The notes below the pieces were generated by a model. That model ran no database searches. It was not told the DNA's origin and saw nothing but the letters and a program-made list of their open reading frames with translations. Position numbers and translations under genes: made by a program. Source: an uncultured Gemmatimonadales bacterium (GTDB taxonomy: Bacteria > Gemmatimonadota > Gemmatimonadetes > Gemmatimonadales > Gemmatimonadaceae). Taken from it: a DNA stretch of 64,000 bases. The stretch lies in NCBI GenBank assembly GCA_963793305.1, contig CAWBZV010000003.1:288001-352000 (forward strand), given 5' to 3'. Shown in pieces: positions 28,382-38,703 of the stretch. The first letter of the stretch is position 1. Every line of letters begins with the position of its first letter.

Positions 28382-29305
28382 ATGGACGATTTAGCGTCCC
28401 GGCTGGACGCCACGAGGCTCCGGCGGGATGTCGCGCTAGCCCCCTACACCACGTTCCGTATCGGAGGTCCCGCCGACCTCTTCTACGATGCAACCGCGGC
28501 TGACGATCTCGCAAATGCGGTGCTCGCGGCCCGAGCAACGGGCGTTCCATACTTCATCCTGGGGCTCGGCGCCAATATTCTCGTCGGCGACCGGGGCGTC
28601 CGTGGCCTGGTTATTCACAACGTCGCCGACCGGCACCGGTTCAGCGAGGATGGCCTCCTGTGGACCGAAAGCGGCGCTGTCCTCGGCCGCCTGATCCCGC
28701 AGGCCGTCGCCCTCGGCTGGTCGGGTCTCGAGCACTACGTCGGCATCCCGACGACCGTTGGGGGCGCGATCTGGCAGAACCTCCACTTCCTGTCGCCCGC
28801 GCCCGAGCGCGAGCGCACCATGTTCATCGAGGAGATCTTTGCCTCGGCCGAGCTGCTCACCACCGACGGCAGCCGGTGTATTGCCGACCGGTCGATGATG
28901 CAATTCGGGTATGACACGAGTCTCCTGCACCACCACCGCCACACGGTCCTCGCGGTCACGTTCCAACTGACCCGCGGCGACATCGCGGCCATGCACAAGA
29001 TCATGCAGGAGAACTTGAGCTGGCGCGGCGGCAAGCACCCCTGGCTCGAGTATCACCCGAGCGCGGGATCGATTTTCCAGAAAATCGAGGGCGTCGGGGC
29101 CGGGCGCTTGATCGAACAAGCGGGGCTCAAAGGGTTCCGCATCGGCGACGCTCAGATCTCGCACATCCACGCGAATATCATGGTGAACCTCGGCCAGGCC
29201 ACCGCCCGCGATGTCCGTTCTCTCATCGCCACCGCCCAGGACGCGGTCGAGAAACAGTCGGGTTATCGTCTGCAACCCGAGATCGGGTTTATAGGCGAGT
29301 TCTAG
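28382..29305 (+). CDS. murB: UDP-N-acetylenolpyruvoylglucosamine reductase
   Basis: TTFRIGGPA, GLGANIL, GIP.TVGGA, SAGSIF, HANIMVN, LQPE; AGGA before ATG 28382 (alternative ATG 28361). Confidence 0.9.
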   Translation: MDDLASRLDATRLRRDVALAPYTTFRIGGPADLFYDATAADDLANAVLAARATGVPYFILGLGANILVGDRGVRGLVIHNVADRHRFSEDGLLWTESGAVLGRLIPQAVALGWSGLEHYVGIPTTVGGAIWQNLHFLSPAPERERTMFIEEIFASAELLTTDGSRCIADRSMMQFGYDTSLLHHHRHTVLAVTFQLTRGDIAAMHKIMQENLSWRGGKHPWLEYHPSAGSIFQKIEGVGAGRLIEQAGLKGFRIGDAQISHIHANIMVNLGQATARDVRSLIATAQDAVEKQSGYRLQPEIGFIGEF

Positions 29306-31467
29306 ATAGAGCTGCCAAACACGATCAGGGCGCTCCACCCCGGCGTGGGACCGCGACCGTCCAGCGCGCGCGCCGCGCCGATGCCGAGTGCACCGCCGAA
29401 GGCGCGCACCAAAAAATCGAGCGAGGTCCGAAAGCCATCACTCGGCGCCGAGGCAGGAAATGGCAACGGTGCGTCGGTGGCGGGGTTGACGCGGGGACCC
29501 AGACCGAGCAGCGCGGCACGCGCCGCGGACGTGCTAGCCTCAGCCCAGCCAGACCGAACGCCGATCGCTAGTTCCGGTGCTACTGCAGGCAAGAACACGC
29601 GGTTGAGCCGCAACGGCGCTCGAAGCCACGGCAGCTGGTACCCAACTTCGGTCTGTAACACGGTCGCCTGGTCGCCCCCGAACTGCTTGTAGTCATAGGC
29701 CGTAAGCCCTTCCAACGTGCCAATTTGAAACAGCTGCTGCGGCGGTATCGTACGTCCTGTAACGAGCCCCCCGTCGGCACGTGCCGTCAGGATAAACGGC
29801 CCCGCGAACTGTCGGCCAACGAGCCGCGCCTCGACGCGCTGCCAAGCGATGTCGCCAGTCGCCCATTCGTAGTGAATCTGCGCCCCCACCCCGGGACGCA
29901 CGAACACGAGGTCGACGTCCGGATGGAAGTCGATGGTCACCGCCACTCGCTCATAGGTCCCGTTCTCCACGCCCCGATTCGGCCGAAACAGCGAGTCGGG
30001 CATGAAGACGTTGGGAAAGATCGGCGGCCGTCTGAGCCGGGCGACATTGTAGCGATCATCGCCCGGACCCGCGTCGACCCGGATGACGGCCTCACGCTCC
30101 GGACCGAGCGTTCGAGTCGCCGAGAACGTCAGCGATCGTCGATCCACGTAGTCGAACTCGTCCTGCGTGAACAGCGGCTCGATCGTGGGCGCCGAGGTAA
30201 ACGCTGTCGTGAACACGTTGGTATTATCGAGCTGCCGCGCCGCTCGCAGCCCCAGTTGCCACGGGCCGCGAGTCCACGTAAGCCCGGCTCCGCCACGGAA
30301 GGTCGCCTCGGTCCAGGCATACCCGACGTTCGCTCTTGCCACGAGTCCCGGAGCCGCATCCCGAAACCGCAGCTGACCCGCGAGCCCAGTGTACGCGCCT
30401 TCGACTCGGTCGAAATGAAAGAAGTCGGCGAACTTGTCATACGAGAGATCGACCGTCGGCTTGCCGGTCGTGCGCCACGATGGCGGGGCGAGATCGGTGA
30501 AATCATCGGTCCGCATGCCCGCTGTCACCGTGCCAAGCGGCGCGCTCCAGTCGCCGTACCGCGACAGGCTGTCGGACGGCGCGAACGTCAGCGTATGCGG
30601 CACCCGCCGCAGGGTATCGGCCTGGACGACCGTGTCGTTCACCGCATAGCGCGACCACTGGGACACCACCCGCAGCGCGGAGCGGGCGTCCCCGGTGAAC
30701 GGAGAGGCAACCTGACCCTCGATGCGCTGCGTGGTTGGAAGCCAGTAGGTCCCATCGACCTCGCCATTTTGAAGGTCGACCGCGAAAAACGACCGGAGCA
30801 TTGGGTAAGCCATCGGGCTCCGGCCCAGCAGGTTGAACGATCCGCGCATGCGCACGATCTGGTACCGCGTCCCGTCGAGAAAGACATTGCCCTGAAAGAG
30901 GCCGATGGGCTGCTTTCGGCTGCCTCTCAGTCGCGGCTCGACGTGCACCCGGATGAGCGGCACCTGTCGCCCGCCGGGCAACCGCAGAATGACGACCGTA
31001 TCGCCACCCGAGAAGGCGTAGGCACTGTCGCGATCGGGCGCGAAGGGATGGGCGACAATGAACGCGCGGTTGCCTCCCCGGCCTCCTTGCGGACGCGTGG
31101 CGCGGCCCGTGTCGGCGCCGAACATGACGTTGATCCGGTTGCCATACAGCACCGGAACCGTCCATGCTCGGTGCATAAAACCCAGCATGGAAATGGTCAG
31201 CGTCGACATCTGCGCACGGTATCCGACCACGTGCTGGTCGTAGGAGCCGTTCCGGAGCCAGCGCGACTCGCTCGCGACCTGTTCGACCTGCACGGCGCTC
31301 TCGGTGCCACCGGAGCGCTTGATCACGACCGTGATCTCGCTCTCGATATGGGCGCGGTACGACGACAAGCTTTCCGGGACGACGCGGTTGTGCGCGGCGG
31401 CCGAGTCGACCAAGGCCTTGAGCGACGAATCGGGAAGCGGTATAAAAAGCGCGAGGATGTGTAGCAT
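29302..31467 (-). CDS. Probable outer-membrane beta-barrel protein
   Basis: Signal-like N-terminus, FDRVEGAYTG motif, amphipathic beta pattern in C-terminal half. Confidence 0.65.
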   Translation of the reverse strand: MLHILALFIPLPDSSLKALVDSAAAHNRVVPESLSSYRAHIESEITVVIKRSGGTESAVQVEQVASESRWLRNGSYDQHVVGYRAQMSTLTISMLGFMHRAWTVPVLYGNRINVMFGADTGRATRPQGGRGGNRAFIVAHPFAPDRDSAYAFSGGDTVVILRLPGGRQVPLIRVHVEPRLRGSRKQPIGLFQGNVFLDGTRYQIVRMRGSFNLLGRSPMAYPMLRSFFAVDLQNGEVDGTYWLPTTQRIEGQVASPFTGDARSALRVVSQWSRYAVNDTVVQADTLRRVPHTLTFAPSDSLSRYGDWSAPLGTVTAGMRTDDFTDLAPPSWRTTGKPTVDLSYDKFADFFHFDRVEGAYTGLAGQLRFRDAAPGLVARANVGYAWTEATFRGGAGLTWTRGPWQLGLRAARQLDNTNVFTTAFTSAPTIEPLFTQDEFDYVDRRSLTFSATRTLGPEREAVIRVDAGPGDDRYNVARLRRPPIFPNVFMPDSLFRPNRGVENGTYERVAVTIDFHPDVDLVFVRPGVGAQIHYEWATGDIAWQRVEARLVGRQFAGPFILTARADGGLVTGRTIPPQQLFQIGTLEGLTAYDYKQFGGDQATVLQTEVGYQLPWLRAPLRLNRVFLPAVAPELAIGVRSGWAEASTSAARAALLGLGPRVNPATDAPLPFPASAPSDGFRTSLDFLVRAFGGALGIGAARALDGRGPTPGWSALIVFGSSI

Positions 31468-32203
31468 GAAAAAAGACAAATACTGGGAGTTGAGTCGCTC
31501 GACGCGATACAGTCTCCTGTTCGCGCTGCCGTTACTCGTTCTCTACGAAGAGTTCGTGGTCCTCCTGTCGCACGGTCCGGCCGGCGGCATTCGCAACGGC
31601 GCTGACGTTGTGTTGCAGCAGGCAGTATACGCCATCGCGGGCCGCTACGAGCCGATTGTGTTCGGCGTGCTGATGCTCGGCATCGGCGGCTTCCTCGTCG
31701 CTCGCGACATGCGGCAACACCGTGGGCCGCTCCGTTGGTCCACGTTTCTGCTCATGCTGGTCGAGTCGCTAGTGCTCGCCGGCATATTCGGAGCGGTCGT
31801 CGGAACGATCACGGTCAACCTGCTGCACTTGAGTGGATACTTAGTGGTGCCCGGCGGCGCCATCGAGCACTCGGCGCTCGCGACACGCGTGATGCTGTCC
31901 CTTGGCGCGGGGATCTACGAGGAGCTGCTCTTCCGCGTGATCATCGCCGGCGCGCTCGACGCTGCCGCGCGCCGCCTCCTCGGCTGGGGTCCATGGTTCG
32001 CGGGCGGGTTCGCCGTCGTCGTCTCGGCCACGGTCTTCTCGGCGTCCCATTACATTGGGCCGTACGGCGATCCGTGGGCGGTCCAATCGTTCGTGTACCG
32101 GTTGATCAGCGGAATGGTGTTCAGTGCGTTGTATCTGACGCGCGGATTCGGCATCACCGCGTGGACGCACACGCTCTACGACTTGCTCGTTCTGGCGTTG
32201 TAG
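31466..32203 (+). CDS. CPBP (Abi/CAAX) intramembrane protease
   Basis: YEELLFR, FSASH, RGFGITAWTH. Confidence 0.88.
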   Translation: MKKDKYWELSRSTRYSLLFALPLLVLYEEFVVLLSHGPAGGIRNGADVVLQQAVYAIAGRYEPIVFGVLMLGIGGFLVARDMRQHRGPLRWSTFLLMLVESLVLAGIFGAVVGTITVNLLHLSGYLVVPGGAIEHSALATRVMLSLGAGIYEELLFRVIIAGALDAAARRLLGWGPWFAGGFAVVVSATVFSASHYIGPYGDPWAVQSFVYRLISGMVFSALYLTRGFGITAWTHTLYDLLVLAL

Positions 32204-32838
32204 GGCGGGGCGCAGGGCTGATCGTAGGGCAACGTCACCGAGAGGCGCAGGGTGTCGCCCGGCGCAAACGCAAACCGGATCTGCTCGGCGCTGCAGAACG
32301 GGTTGACGGCGTGGAACGAGCCGTCCTCGCCGGCCTGGATCCAGGACGCGGGGATCACGTTGCGCGACGCGTCCGCGTAGGCGGCGAGCTTGCCGGAGAG
32401 GTCCGAGAAGGGCGCGGGATCATGTACGTTGCACACGTACGTGGCAACGGAGTCGCCCGGTGAGAACCGGCAGTCGCCGCTGCTCGTGAGGCGAAGTCGC
32501 GCGTCGTAGAACGCCGAGCGGTCGGACACACCGGGCTCCGAGTCCATGACGACGCTCCAATAGTCCGACCGGTTGTCGGCACTACTCAGGAGCGCGGAGA
32601 GCTCGGTCGCGAAGTTCTGCTTTACCTCGCGACGCGTCACATTGAGCTTGTCCTCGATCACGCCCGCGGCTTCCTCCGCCGCGACGGCCACCTTGTGGCG
32701 CACGCGCTTGACCACCGCCACGGCCGCCGAGGGCTGCGCCGGCGCCGCAGCAGTGGGCTTCGCGGGCTGAGTCGCCTCACGATCCCCACCGCATGCGACG
32801 ATGAACGTTGCCAGAGAGACAAGAAGGGCGGTGCGCAT
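32176..32838 (-). CDS. Hypothetical lipoprotein
   Basis: MRTALLVSLATFIVAC lipobox, Pro/Ala linker, Cys-containing domain. Confidence 0.65.
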   Translation of the reverse strand: MRTALLVSLATFIVACGGDREATQPAKPTAAAPAQPSAAVAVVKRVRHKVAVAAEEAAGVIEDKLNVTRREVKQNFATELSALLSSADNRSDYWSVVMDSEPGVSDRSAFYDARLRLTSSGDCRFSPGDSVATYVCNVHDPAPFSDLSGKLAAYADASRNVIPASWIQAGEDGSFHAVNPFCSAEQIRFAFAPGDTLRLSVTLPYDQPCAPPYNARTSKS

Positions 32839-32855
32839 TCCGTTACAAATATACG

Positions 32856-34838
32856 TTACCAAATTTGGGGTCGCACGTTCTCGGGACGAACCATTGGGTC
32901 CCCAGCATGACACCCAAATGCCTGTGCAAACTCGGGCATGTCCGATAGCGGCCCATCGATCCGCCACCGACCTGGTGAGTGCGGATCGGTAATGGCCAGT
33001 TGCCGAGCGTACGCCGGACGCGTGTTCTCGCGCCAGATCTGCGCCACGGAGATGAAGAACCGCTGCTCAGGTGTAAATCCGGCGATGGTATCGCGCGTCT
33101 TGGTGGCGTACGCATGCTCCATCGCGATATACGCGAGTTTGAGGCCACCGATATCCGCGGTATTCTCGCCGAGCGTGAGGCGGCCATTCAGGCGGACGCT
33201 GTCGACGGCGATATACTGGGAATACTGGTCCGCGACGAGCGACGAGCGCTGGTTGTACTCCTTCGCGTCGTCGGCCGTCCACCAGTCCCGCAGGTTGCCC
33301 TCGGCGTCGTACTTCCGGCCTTGATCATCGAATCCATGCGTCATCTCATGGCCGATGACGTACCCGATGCCCCCGTAGTTCGAGGCATCGTCGGCCTGCG
33401 GATCAAAGAACGGCGGCTGGAGAATGCCGGCGGGGAACACGATTTCGTTCATTGACCCGTTGTAGTACGCATTCACGGTCGGCGGGCTCATTGTGAACTC
33501 AGTGCGATCCACCGGGTGACCGAGTTTCTTGATGCGCCGCTTCACGTCGAACGCGTTCGCCTCCAAGAAATTCAGCACGAACGGCCGGCGCTCGACCGTG
33601 AGGGACGAATAGTCCCGCCACTTGTCGGGATACCCGATCTTGTTGGCGAACGCCGCGAGCTTGATGATCGCCGCCTGTCGCGTGGCCGGGCTCATCCAAG
33701 CGAGCGTCGTGAGATCGTTCTTGAGCGTCTCTTCCATGTTGTGCACGAGGTCCAGCGCGCGTTGCTTGGCTTCGGGCGAAAACGCGCGGGCCACGTAGGC
33801 CTGGCCGAGCGCTTCGCCGAGTCCGCGGTCGGTGGCCAACACGCAGCGGCGCCAACGCGGCTGCATCGCCGGGACGCCGGTGAGCGTCTGGCGCATGCGG
33901 AAGTCTTCGTTCACGAACGCCGAGTCGAGCCAGGGCGCGGTCGTGTCGAGGAAGTGCCAGCGGAGATAGGCACGCCAGACGGAGATCGGCTGGTGCGTGA
34001 GCAGGCTGTCGAGCGCCGAGAGGAACCGGGGCTGCATGACGATGATGTCGGGTACGGCTGGCGCCTGTAGATCCGTGAGCCACGCGCGCCACTCGAGATG
34101 CGGCGCGATCGAGTCGGCGCCGGCGATCGTCACCTTGTGGTACGTGTTGTATGGATCGCGCCGCTCGACGCGCGTCATGGATGCATACGCGAGCGCGGTT
34201 TCTAATTGCACGATACTATCAGCTTCGGAACGAGCCAGCGCCGGCACGGTGCCAGAGAGCGCGAGCAGGCGACCGACGTGGGCGGCGTACTCCGAACGGA
34301 TGCGAGCCGACGTTGTGTCGGTCTTCGTGTAGTAGTCGCGGTCGGGGAGGCCAAGCCCGCCTTGCTGCACGTAGAGCACTTCCCGCGTGCTCTGTTTTCG
34401 ATCCTGGTTGACGTTGAACCCGAACGCCACATCGACGCCTTCCTCCTGCAGTCGTGCGATCTCGGCTCGGACGCTCGACGGTGTTGTGATCTCATCGATC
34501 CGCTTTAGCTCGCCGGCGACGGGCTTGAGCGCGGCGGCATCGGCCGCGGCCGAGTCCATGCACGTGGCGTAGTAGGTGCCGATCTTGGACGAGCCGTCCT
34601 TGGCGGCGCTATCGAGTATGTCGTGCAGGACGTTGCGGTTGTGCTCCTGCAGCGCGCTAAACGAACCCCACGAGGGATACTCTTTGGGAATCGGGTTCTG
34701 GGCCCGCCAGCCGCCGGTCGCGAACTGATAGAAGTCCGTGCACGGCGCGCACGTGGTGTCGAGGTTCGCACGGTCGATCCCGTGCTGGGCTCGCAATAGC
34801 GCCGGTACGAGCAAAACCAGGATCCAGAAGCGACTCAT
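32856..34838 (-). CDS. M13 (neprilysin/PepO) metallopeptidase
   Basis: PCTDFY, VNAYY, FPAGILQ, GHEMTHGFD, GENTAD, DPHSP. Confidence 0.95.
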   Translation of the reverse strand: MSRFWILVLLVPALLRAQHGIDRANLDTTCAPCTDFYQFATGGWRAQNPIPKEYPSWGSFSALQEHNRNVLHDILDSAAKDGSSKIGTYYATCMDSAAADAAALKPVAGELKRIDEITTPSSVRAEIARLQEEGVDVAFGFNVNQDRKQSTREVLYVQQGGLGLPDRDYYTKTDTTSARIRSEYAAHVGRLLALSGTVPALARSEADSIVQLETALAYASMTRVERRDPYNTYHKVTIAGADSIAPHLEWRAWLTDLQAPAVPDIIVMQPRFLSALDSLLTHQPISVWRAYLRWHFLDTTAPWLDSAFVNEDFRMRQTLTGVPAMQPRWRRCVLATDRGLGEALGQAYVARAFSPEAKQRALDLVHNMEETLKNDLTTLAWMSPATRQAAIIKLAAFANKIGYPDKWRDYSSLTVERRPFVLNFLEANAFDVKRRIKKLGHPVDRTEFTMSPPTVNAYYNGSMNEIVFPAGILQPPFFDPQADDASNYGGIGYVIGHEMTHGFDDQGRKYDAEGNLRDWWTADDAKEYNQRSSLVADQYSQYIAVDSVRLNGRLTLGENTADIGGLKLAYIAMEHAYATKTRDTIAGFTPEQRFFISVAQIWRENTRPAYARQLAITDPHSPGRWRIDGPLSDMPEFAQAFGCHAGDPMVRPENVRPQIW

Positions 34839-35377
34839 TGCTGGCGATCTCCCATTTTGCGCGCGCTGTCGGCCAGTGCGCGCAGTGTTGCCGAGTGAGG
34901 GTACTGCGCGAGCCCGCGCACGACGATATCGCTGGCTCGCGGATAGAGGCCGGTCGCGAGTGCCTGGGACGCCGCCGCGCGATACGTCTCCTCGGTCACG
35001 TCCGGCTGATTCATTAACGAGTCATACCGCACACTCGCTGTATCGCGAATCGCCTTGAAGTGCAGGAGCCGCGGATCGCCGGGATTGCTATGCAACGCCA
35101 GGTTGAGGAGCACCCGGGCGTTGCCCGCGTAGCCACCCTCGACCAGCAGGTGCGCCAGGGCGACGATCGCGTCGACGTTGTGGTGGTCCAAGTCCACGGC
35201 GCCCTCGTACGCCAACCGGGCGCTATCCCTCTGTCCTTTCGCCATCCAGGCATTGCCCTTCTCGAAGAACACCTTGGCCCGGGCCACGCGCGCGATGCTG
35301 TCGCCAGGGGTCCAGGGTCGCATCCGCTCCGCGCTATCAGGAGCGTGGACAGTTTGAGCGACTTGCGACATTAGCAA
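34835..35377 (-). CDS. TPR-containing protein
   Basis: TPR-like helices (FEKGNAW..AYEGAVDLD..NVDAIVALA). Confidence 0.6.
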   Translation of the reverse strand: MLMSQVAQTVHAPDSAERMRPWTPGDSIARVARAKVFFEKGNAWMAKGQRDSARLAYEGAVDLDHHNVDAIVALAHLLVEGGYAGNARVLLNLALHSNPGDPRLLHFKAIRDTASVRYDSLMNQPDVTEETYRAAASQALATGLYPRASDIVVRGLAQYPHSATLRALADSARKMGDRQQ

Positions 35378-35407
35378 GACATACTAGCGACAATATCGCG
35401 ACTATTT

Positions 35408-37331
35408 TCATCTATTCAGTTTCTCCACGGCTTCTGTGGCCAAGGTCCATTCTTCCAGCGCGGCGTCCAATCTGCGACGGGCATCATCCAGTTGCGAGCC
35501 GAGTTTCGCGCTGCGCGTGACTCCGGCCGGCGTGGCGTAGAGCTGGGGATCGGCGAGCTGGGCCGTAAGTCGAGCGACCTCGGCTTCGGCCGCGGCGACT
35601 CGACCCTCTGCCACCTCGGCCGATCGTTGAGCCGTGCGGCGGTCCGGTCCCTTGGGCGTAGAGGGCGGGCGCTCGACCTTCTTATGCTCCCGCACCCGCC
35701 GTAACGCCACTTCCTCCTCCGCGGCGACGCGCGCGGCATGCGCCCGCTCCTCGCTCACGACCTCCCACTCGGCAAAACTGCCATCGAACACGGTCATCCG
35801 ACTCTCGTGCAGCACCCATACCCGCGTGGCCATCGCCCGCAACAGCGCCCGGTCGTGGCTCACGAGCAGCACGGTCCCAGGATACCGCTCGACTGCGTCC
35901 TCAATGGCTTCGATCGACTCCACGTCGAGATGGTTCGTCGGCTCATCGAGAATCAGCAGGTTCGCGCCCGATAACATCATCATCGCCAGCGCCACCCGTG
36001 CTCGCTCGCCACCCGACAAGCTCTCGGCCCGTCGCTGCACCTCGTCGCCAGAGAACCCGAACCGTCCGAGATGCCCCTGGATCTGGCCTCGGGTCCAGAG
36101 CGGCCTGAGATCGTTGATGGTCTCGTACAGCGTCTTGTCCAACGGCACCTGCGCGAGATCCTGGCGATAGTACGCGACCGTCGTCGACCCGCCGGTGCGC
36201 AGCACCCCGCCATCGACAGGCCGCTCGCCGACGATCGCCCTGAGCATCGTCGACTTGCCGGCGCCATTCGGACCCAAGATGCCGACGCGATCGCCACGCA
36301 TCACGCGCGCACTAAAATCGTTCAGCAACACGCGCTCGCCGAGCTCCAACCGTGCGTGCTCAGCCGACAGAACCTGATCACCGCCGCGCTCATGCACGTC
36401 GAGCCGCAACGCCATGGCATCCTCGGCCCCAACGGGCGGGCTCAAGCGGGGCAGCCGCTCCAGTTTTTTCCGCCGTCCCTTCGCCTGCTTCGTATTCTGC
36501 CCGGCGATATTCCGCCGGATATAGTCCTCTTCGTGCGCGATGGCTTTGCGCTGCTTGCTCACCGCGCGATCGAGCGTCAGCCGTCGCTCGGCGCGCTGCT
36601 CGACGAATGCCTCGTATCCGGCCGTGTATGGGACCGCCGTTCCACCTTCGAGGTGCAATATGTGATCAGCGACCGCGGCCAGAAATGCGCGATCGTGGCT
36701 GATCACGATCACCGTCTCGTCAGTCTCGGTGAGATACTGCTCCAGCCAGCGCGTGGTCTCGAGGTCCAGGTGATTCGTGGGCTCGTCGAGGAGCAGCACG
36801 TCGGCCGGCGCAACGAGTTGGCGCGCGAGCCCGAGACGTCCGCGCTCGCCGCCGCTGAGCGCTTCCAACGGCCGCTCGCGAGCCTCCGCCGGATCAAAGC
36901 CGAGGCCATGGAGCACGGCATCCACGCGCGGCGTGATCATATAACCGCCTTCGTGCTCGAATCGCTCCAGATCACGACCGTAGCGGGTGAGAGCATCCGC
37001 GTCGTCGAGTGCATGCGCCTGCTCGGCCAGCGACCGCTCCAGCGCGAGCAGCTCGGCGAATGGCCCAGCCGCGGCTTCCCAAACCGTCTGAGCCTCTCCG
37101 AAATCGCGATGCTGCTCCAGCATGGCGATGCGGAGCCCGCCGACCCGTGTCACCTGACCGCGCGTGGGCTGCTGATCTCCAGTGAGCAGCCGAAATAGCG
37201 TCGTCTTGCCGGTCCCGTTGCGCCCGACGATACCCCAGCGGTCGCCGGCCCCGACCGTGAACGTGACGTTCGGTCAAGAGGCGCGTCGCGCCGAATTCGA
37301 CGTCCACGCCCGACATGGCGATCTGCGTCAC
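35408..37331 (-). CDS. ABC-F family ATPase; frameshifts near 37270 and 37150
   Basis: Two NBDs (GRNGTGKT, GPNGAGKS, LSGGE twice, LDEPTNHLD twice), C-terminal coiled coil; GTGA overlap start. Confidence 0.9.
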
Positions 37332-37678
37332 GCGGCCACCACCCACGCTTTCCAGGTCTCTTCGGACGAGCCGATCGTGAGCTTGTTCTGCCAGCGCACG
37401 AGTGGCGTCTTGAGCAGCATGGGCTCTTCGACCAGCCGGTCGAGCCACCGCTCGTCGGAGTATCGCGCGCTCGCGAGCCCAAGCGCGGTGTAGGCCTTGC
37501 CACCTTTATCGATCAGCGCGCCGACGCCGAATTTCTGCGCAAACCGCGTGAGCTCGCCGAGCGACGCGGCTCTCTCGTTGAGGTCCACGAAATGCGTCTT
37601 GATCCGCCGCTCGGCGAAAAATCGCAACGCCTTTCGGGTGTCGGTGCACTTTTTCGTCCCAAAGACCTGAACTTCCAT
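37328..37678 (-). CDS. ArsC/Spx family protein
   Basis: FGTKKC.DTRKA.RFF, P.LLKTPLVR. Confidence 0.85.
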   Translation of the reverse strand: MEVQVFGTKKCTDTRKALRFFAERRIKTHFVDLNERAASLGELTRFAQKFGVGALIDKGGKAYTALGLASARYSDERWLDRLVEEPMLLKTPLVRWQNKLTIGSSEETWKAWVVAA

Positions 37679-37701
37679 AGGGGCAAAATCTACCTTTGGG
37701 A

Positions 37702-38703
37702 ATGCACCCGTACCGCCCCGCGTGGTGGATCCCCGGACCGCACGTGCGTACGCTCTGGGGACGTTTCGTCCGCCGGCCGCCCGTAGTCCACACGCGGCGC
37801 GAGCAGTGGGATACGCCGGACGGCGACGTGCTCGATGTCGACCGGCTCGACGCGGCGCACCCCGACGCGCCTCGTCTCATCCTGCTGCACGGGCTCGAAG
37901 GGACGGCCCGGTCGCACTATGCGCGCGGGATGCTGGTCGAGGCCCGGGAGCGCGGGTGGGGCGCTGACTTCCTGCTCTTCCGGTCGTGCGGCGGCGCCCT
38001 CAATCGCACCCGCCGCTTCTATCACTCGGGGGACACCGGGGACCTCGATCTCGTCGTGGGTCGCAACCGCCTGGAGCATCCGGCTTCGCCCATCGTGCTG
38101 GCGGGATTTTCTCTTGGCGGCAACGTCCTCCTCAAGTGGCTGGCCGAGCACCGGGATCAGTCCATCGCCGGCGCCGCGGCGATCTCGGTGCCTTTCGACC
38201 TCGGTCGCGGAGCGCGACATATCGACAGGGGCTTTGCGCGAGTCTACCAGGCCAACTTCATCGCGTCGCTCAAGCGAAAGGTCTACGCGAAGCTCGAGCG
38301 ATTTCCCGATCTCGTGGACCGGCGCAAGCTCGATGCGGTGCGATCGATCATCGAGTTCGATGACCTATTGACGGCGCCCCTTCACGGGTTTGCGGACGCG
38401 GACGACTACTACACGCGTTCGAGCGCCCTGGCGGTCTTGAAGGACGTGCGGGTCCCGACGTTGTTGCTCAGCGCGGTCGACGACCCGTTCTTGCCCGCGG
38501 CCGTCCTGGACGATGTCCGCGCGGTGGCACAAGCGAACCCCGCGCTCCACGTCGAGTTCGTGGAGCGCGGGGGCCATGTCGGTTTTGTCAGCGGGACCCT
38601 GCCGTGGCGCCCGGTCTACTACGCCGAGCAGCGCGTGAGCTCGTTCCTGGCGTCACTGCTGCCGAATCAGAGCCGTGAGCGCGCGAGCGCGTTCGGCATC
38701 TGA
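37702..38703 (+). CDS. YheT-like alpha/beta hydrolase
   Basis: HGLEG, FRSCGG, YHSG, GFSLGGN, DDPF, GGHVGF. Confidence 0.9.
   Translation: MHPYRPAWWIPGPHVRTLWGRFVRRPPVVHTRREQWDTPDGDVLDVDRLDAAHPDAPRLILLHGLEGTARSHYARGMLVEARERGWGADFLLFRSCGGALNRTRRFYHSGDTGDLDLVVGRNRLEHPASPIVLAGFSLGGNVLLKWLAEHRDQSIAGAAAISVPFDLGRGARHIDRGFARVYQANFIASLKRKVYAKLERFPDLVDRRKLDAVRSIIEFDDLLTAPLHGFADADDYYTRSSALAVLKDVRVPTLLLSAVDDPFLPAAVLDDVRAVAQANPALHVEFVERGGHVGFVSGTLPWRPVYYAEQRVSSFLASLLPNQSRERASAFGI

Noticed and set aside
29725..31464. Long antisense or alternate-frame ORFs (also 45217-46944, 9137-10606, 3832-5097)
   Set aside because: Arg/Pro-rich shadow ORFs typical of high-GC DNA, overlapping well-supported genes
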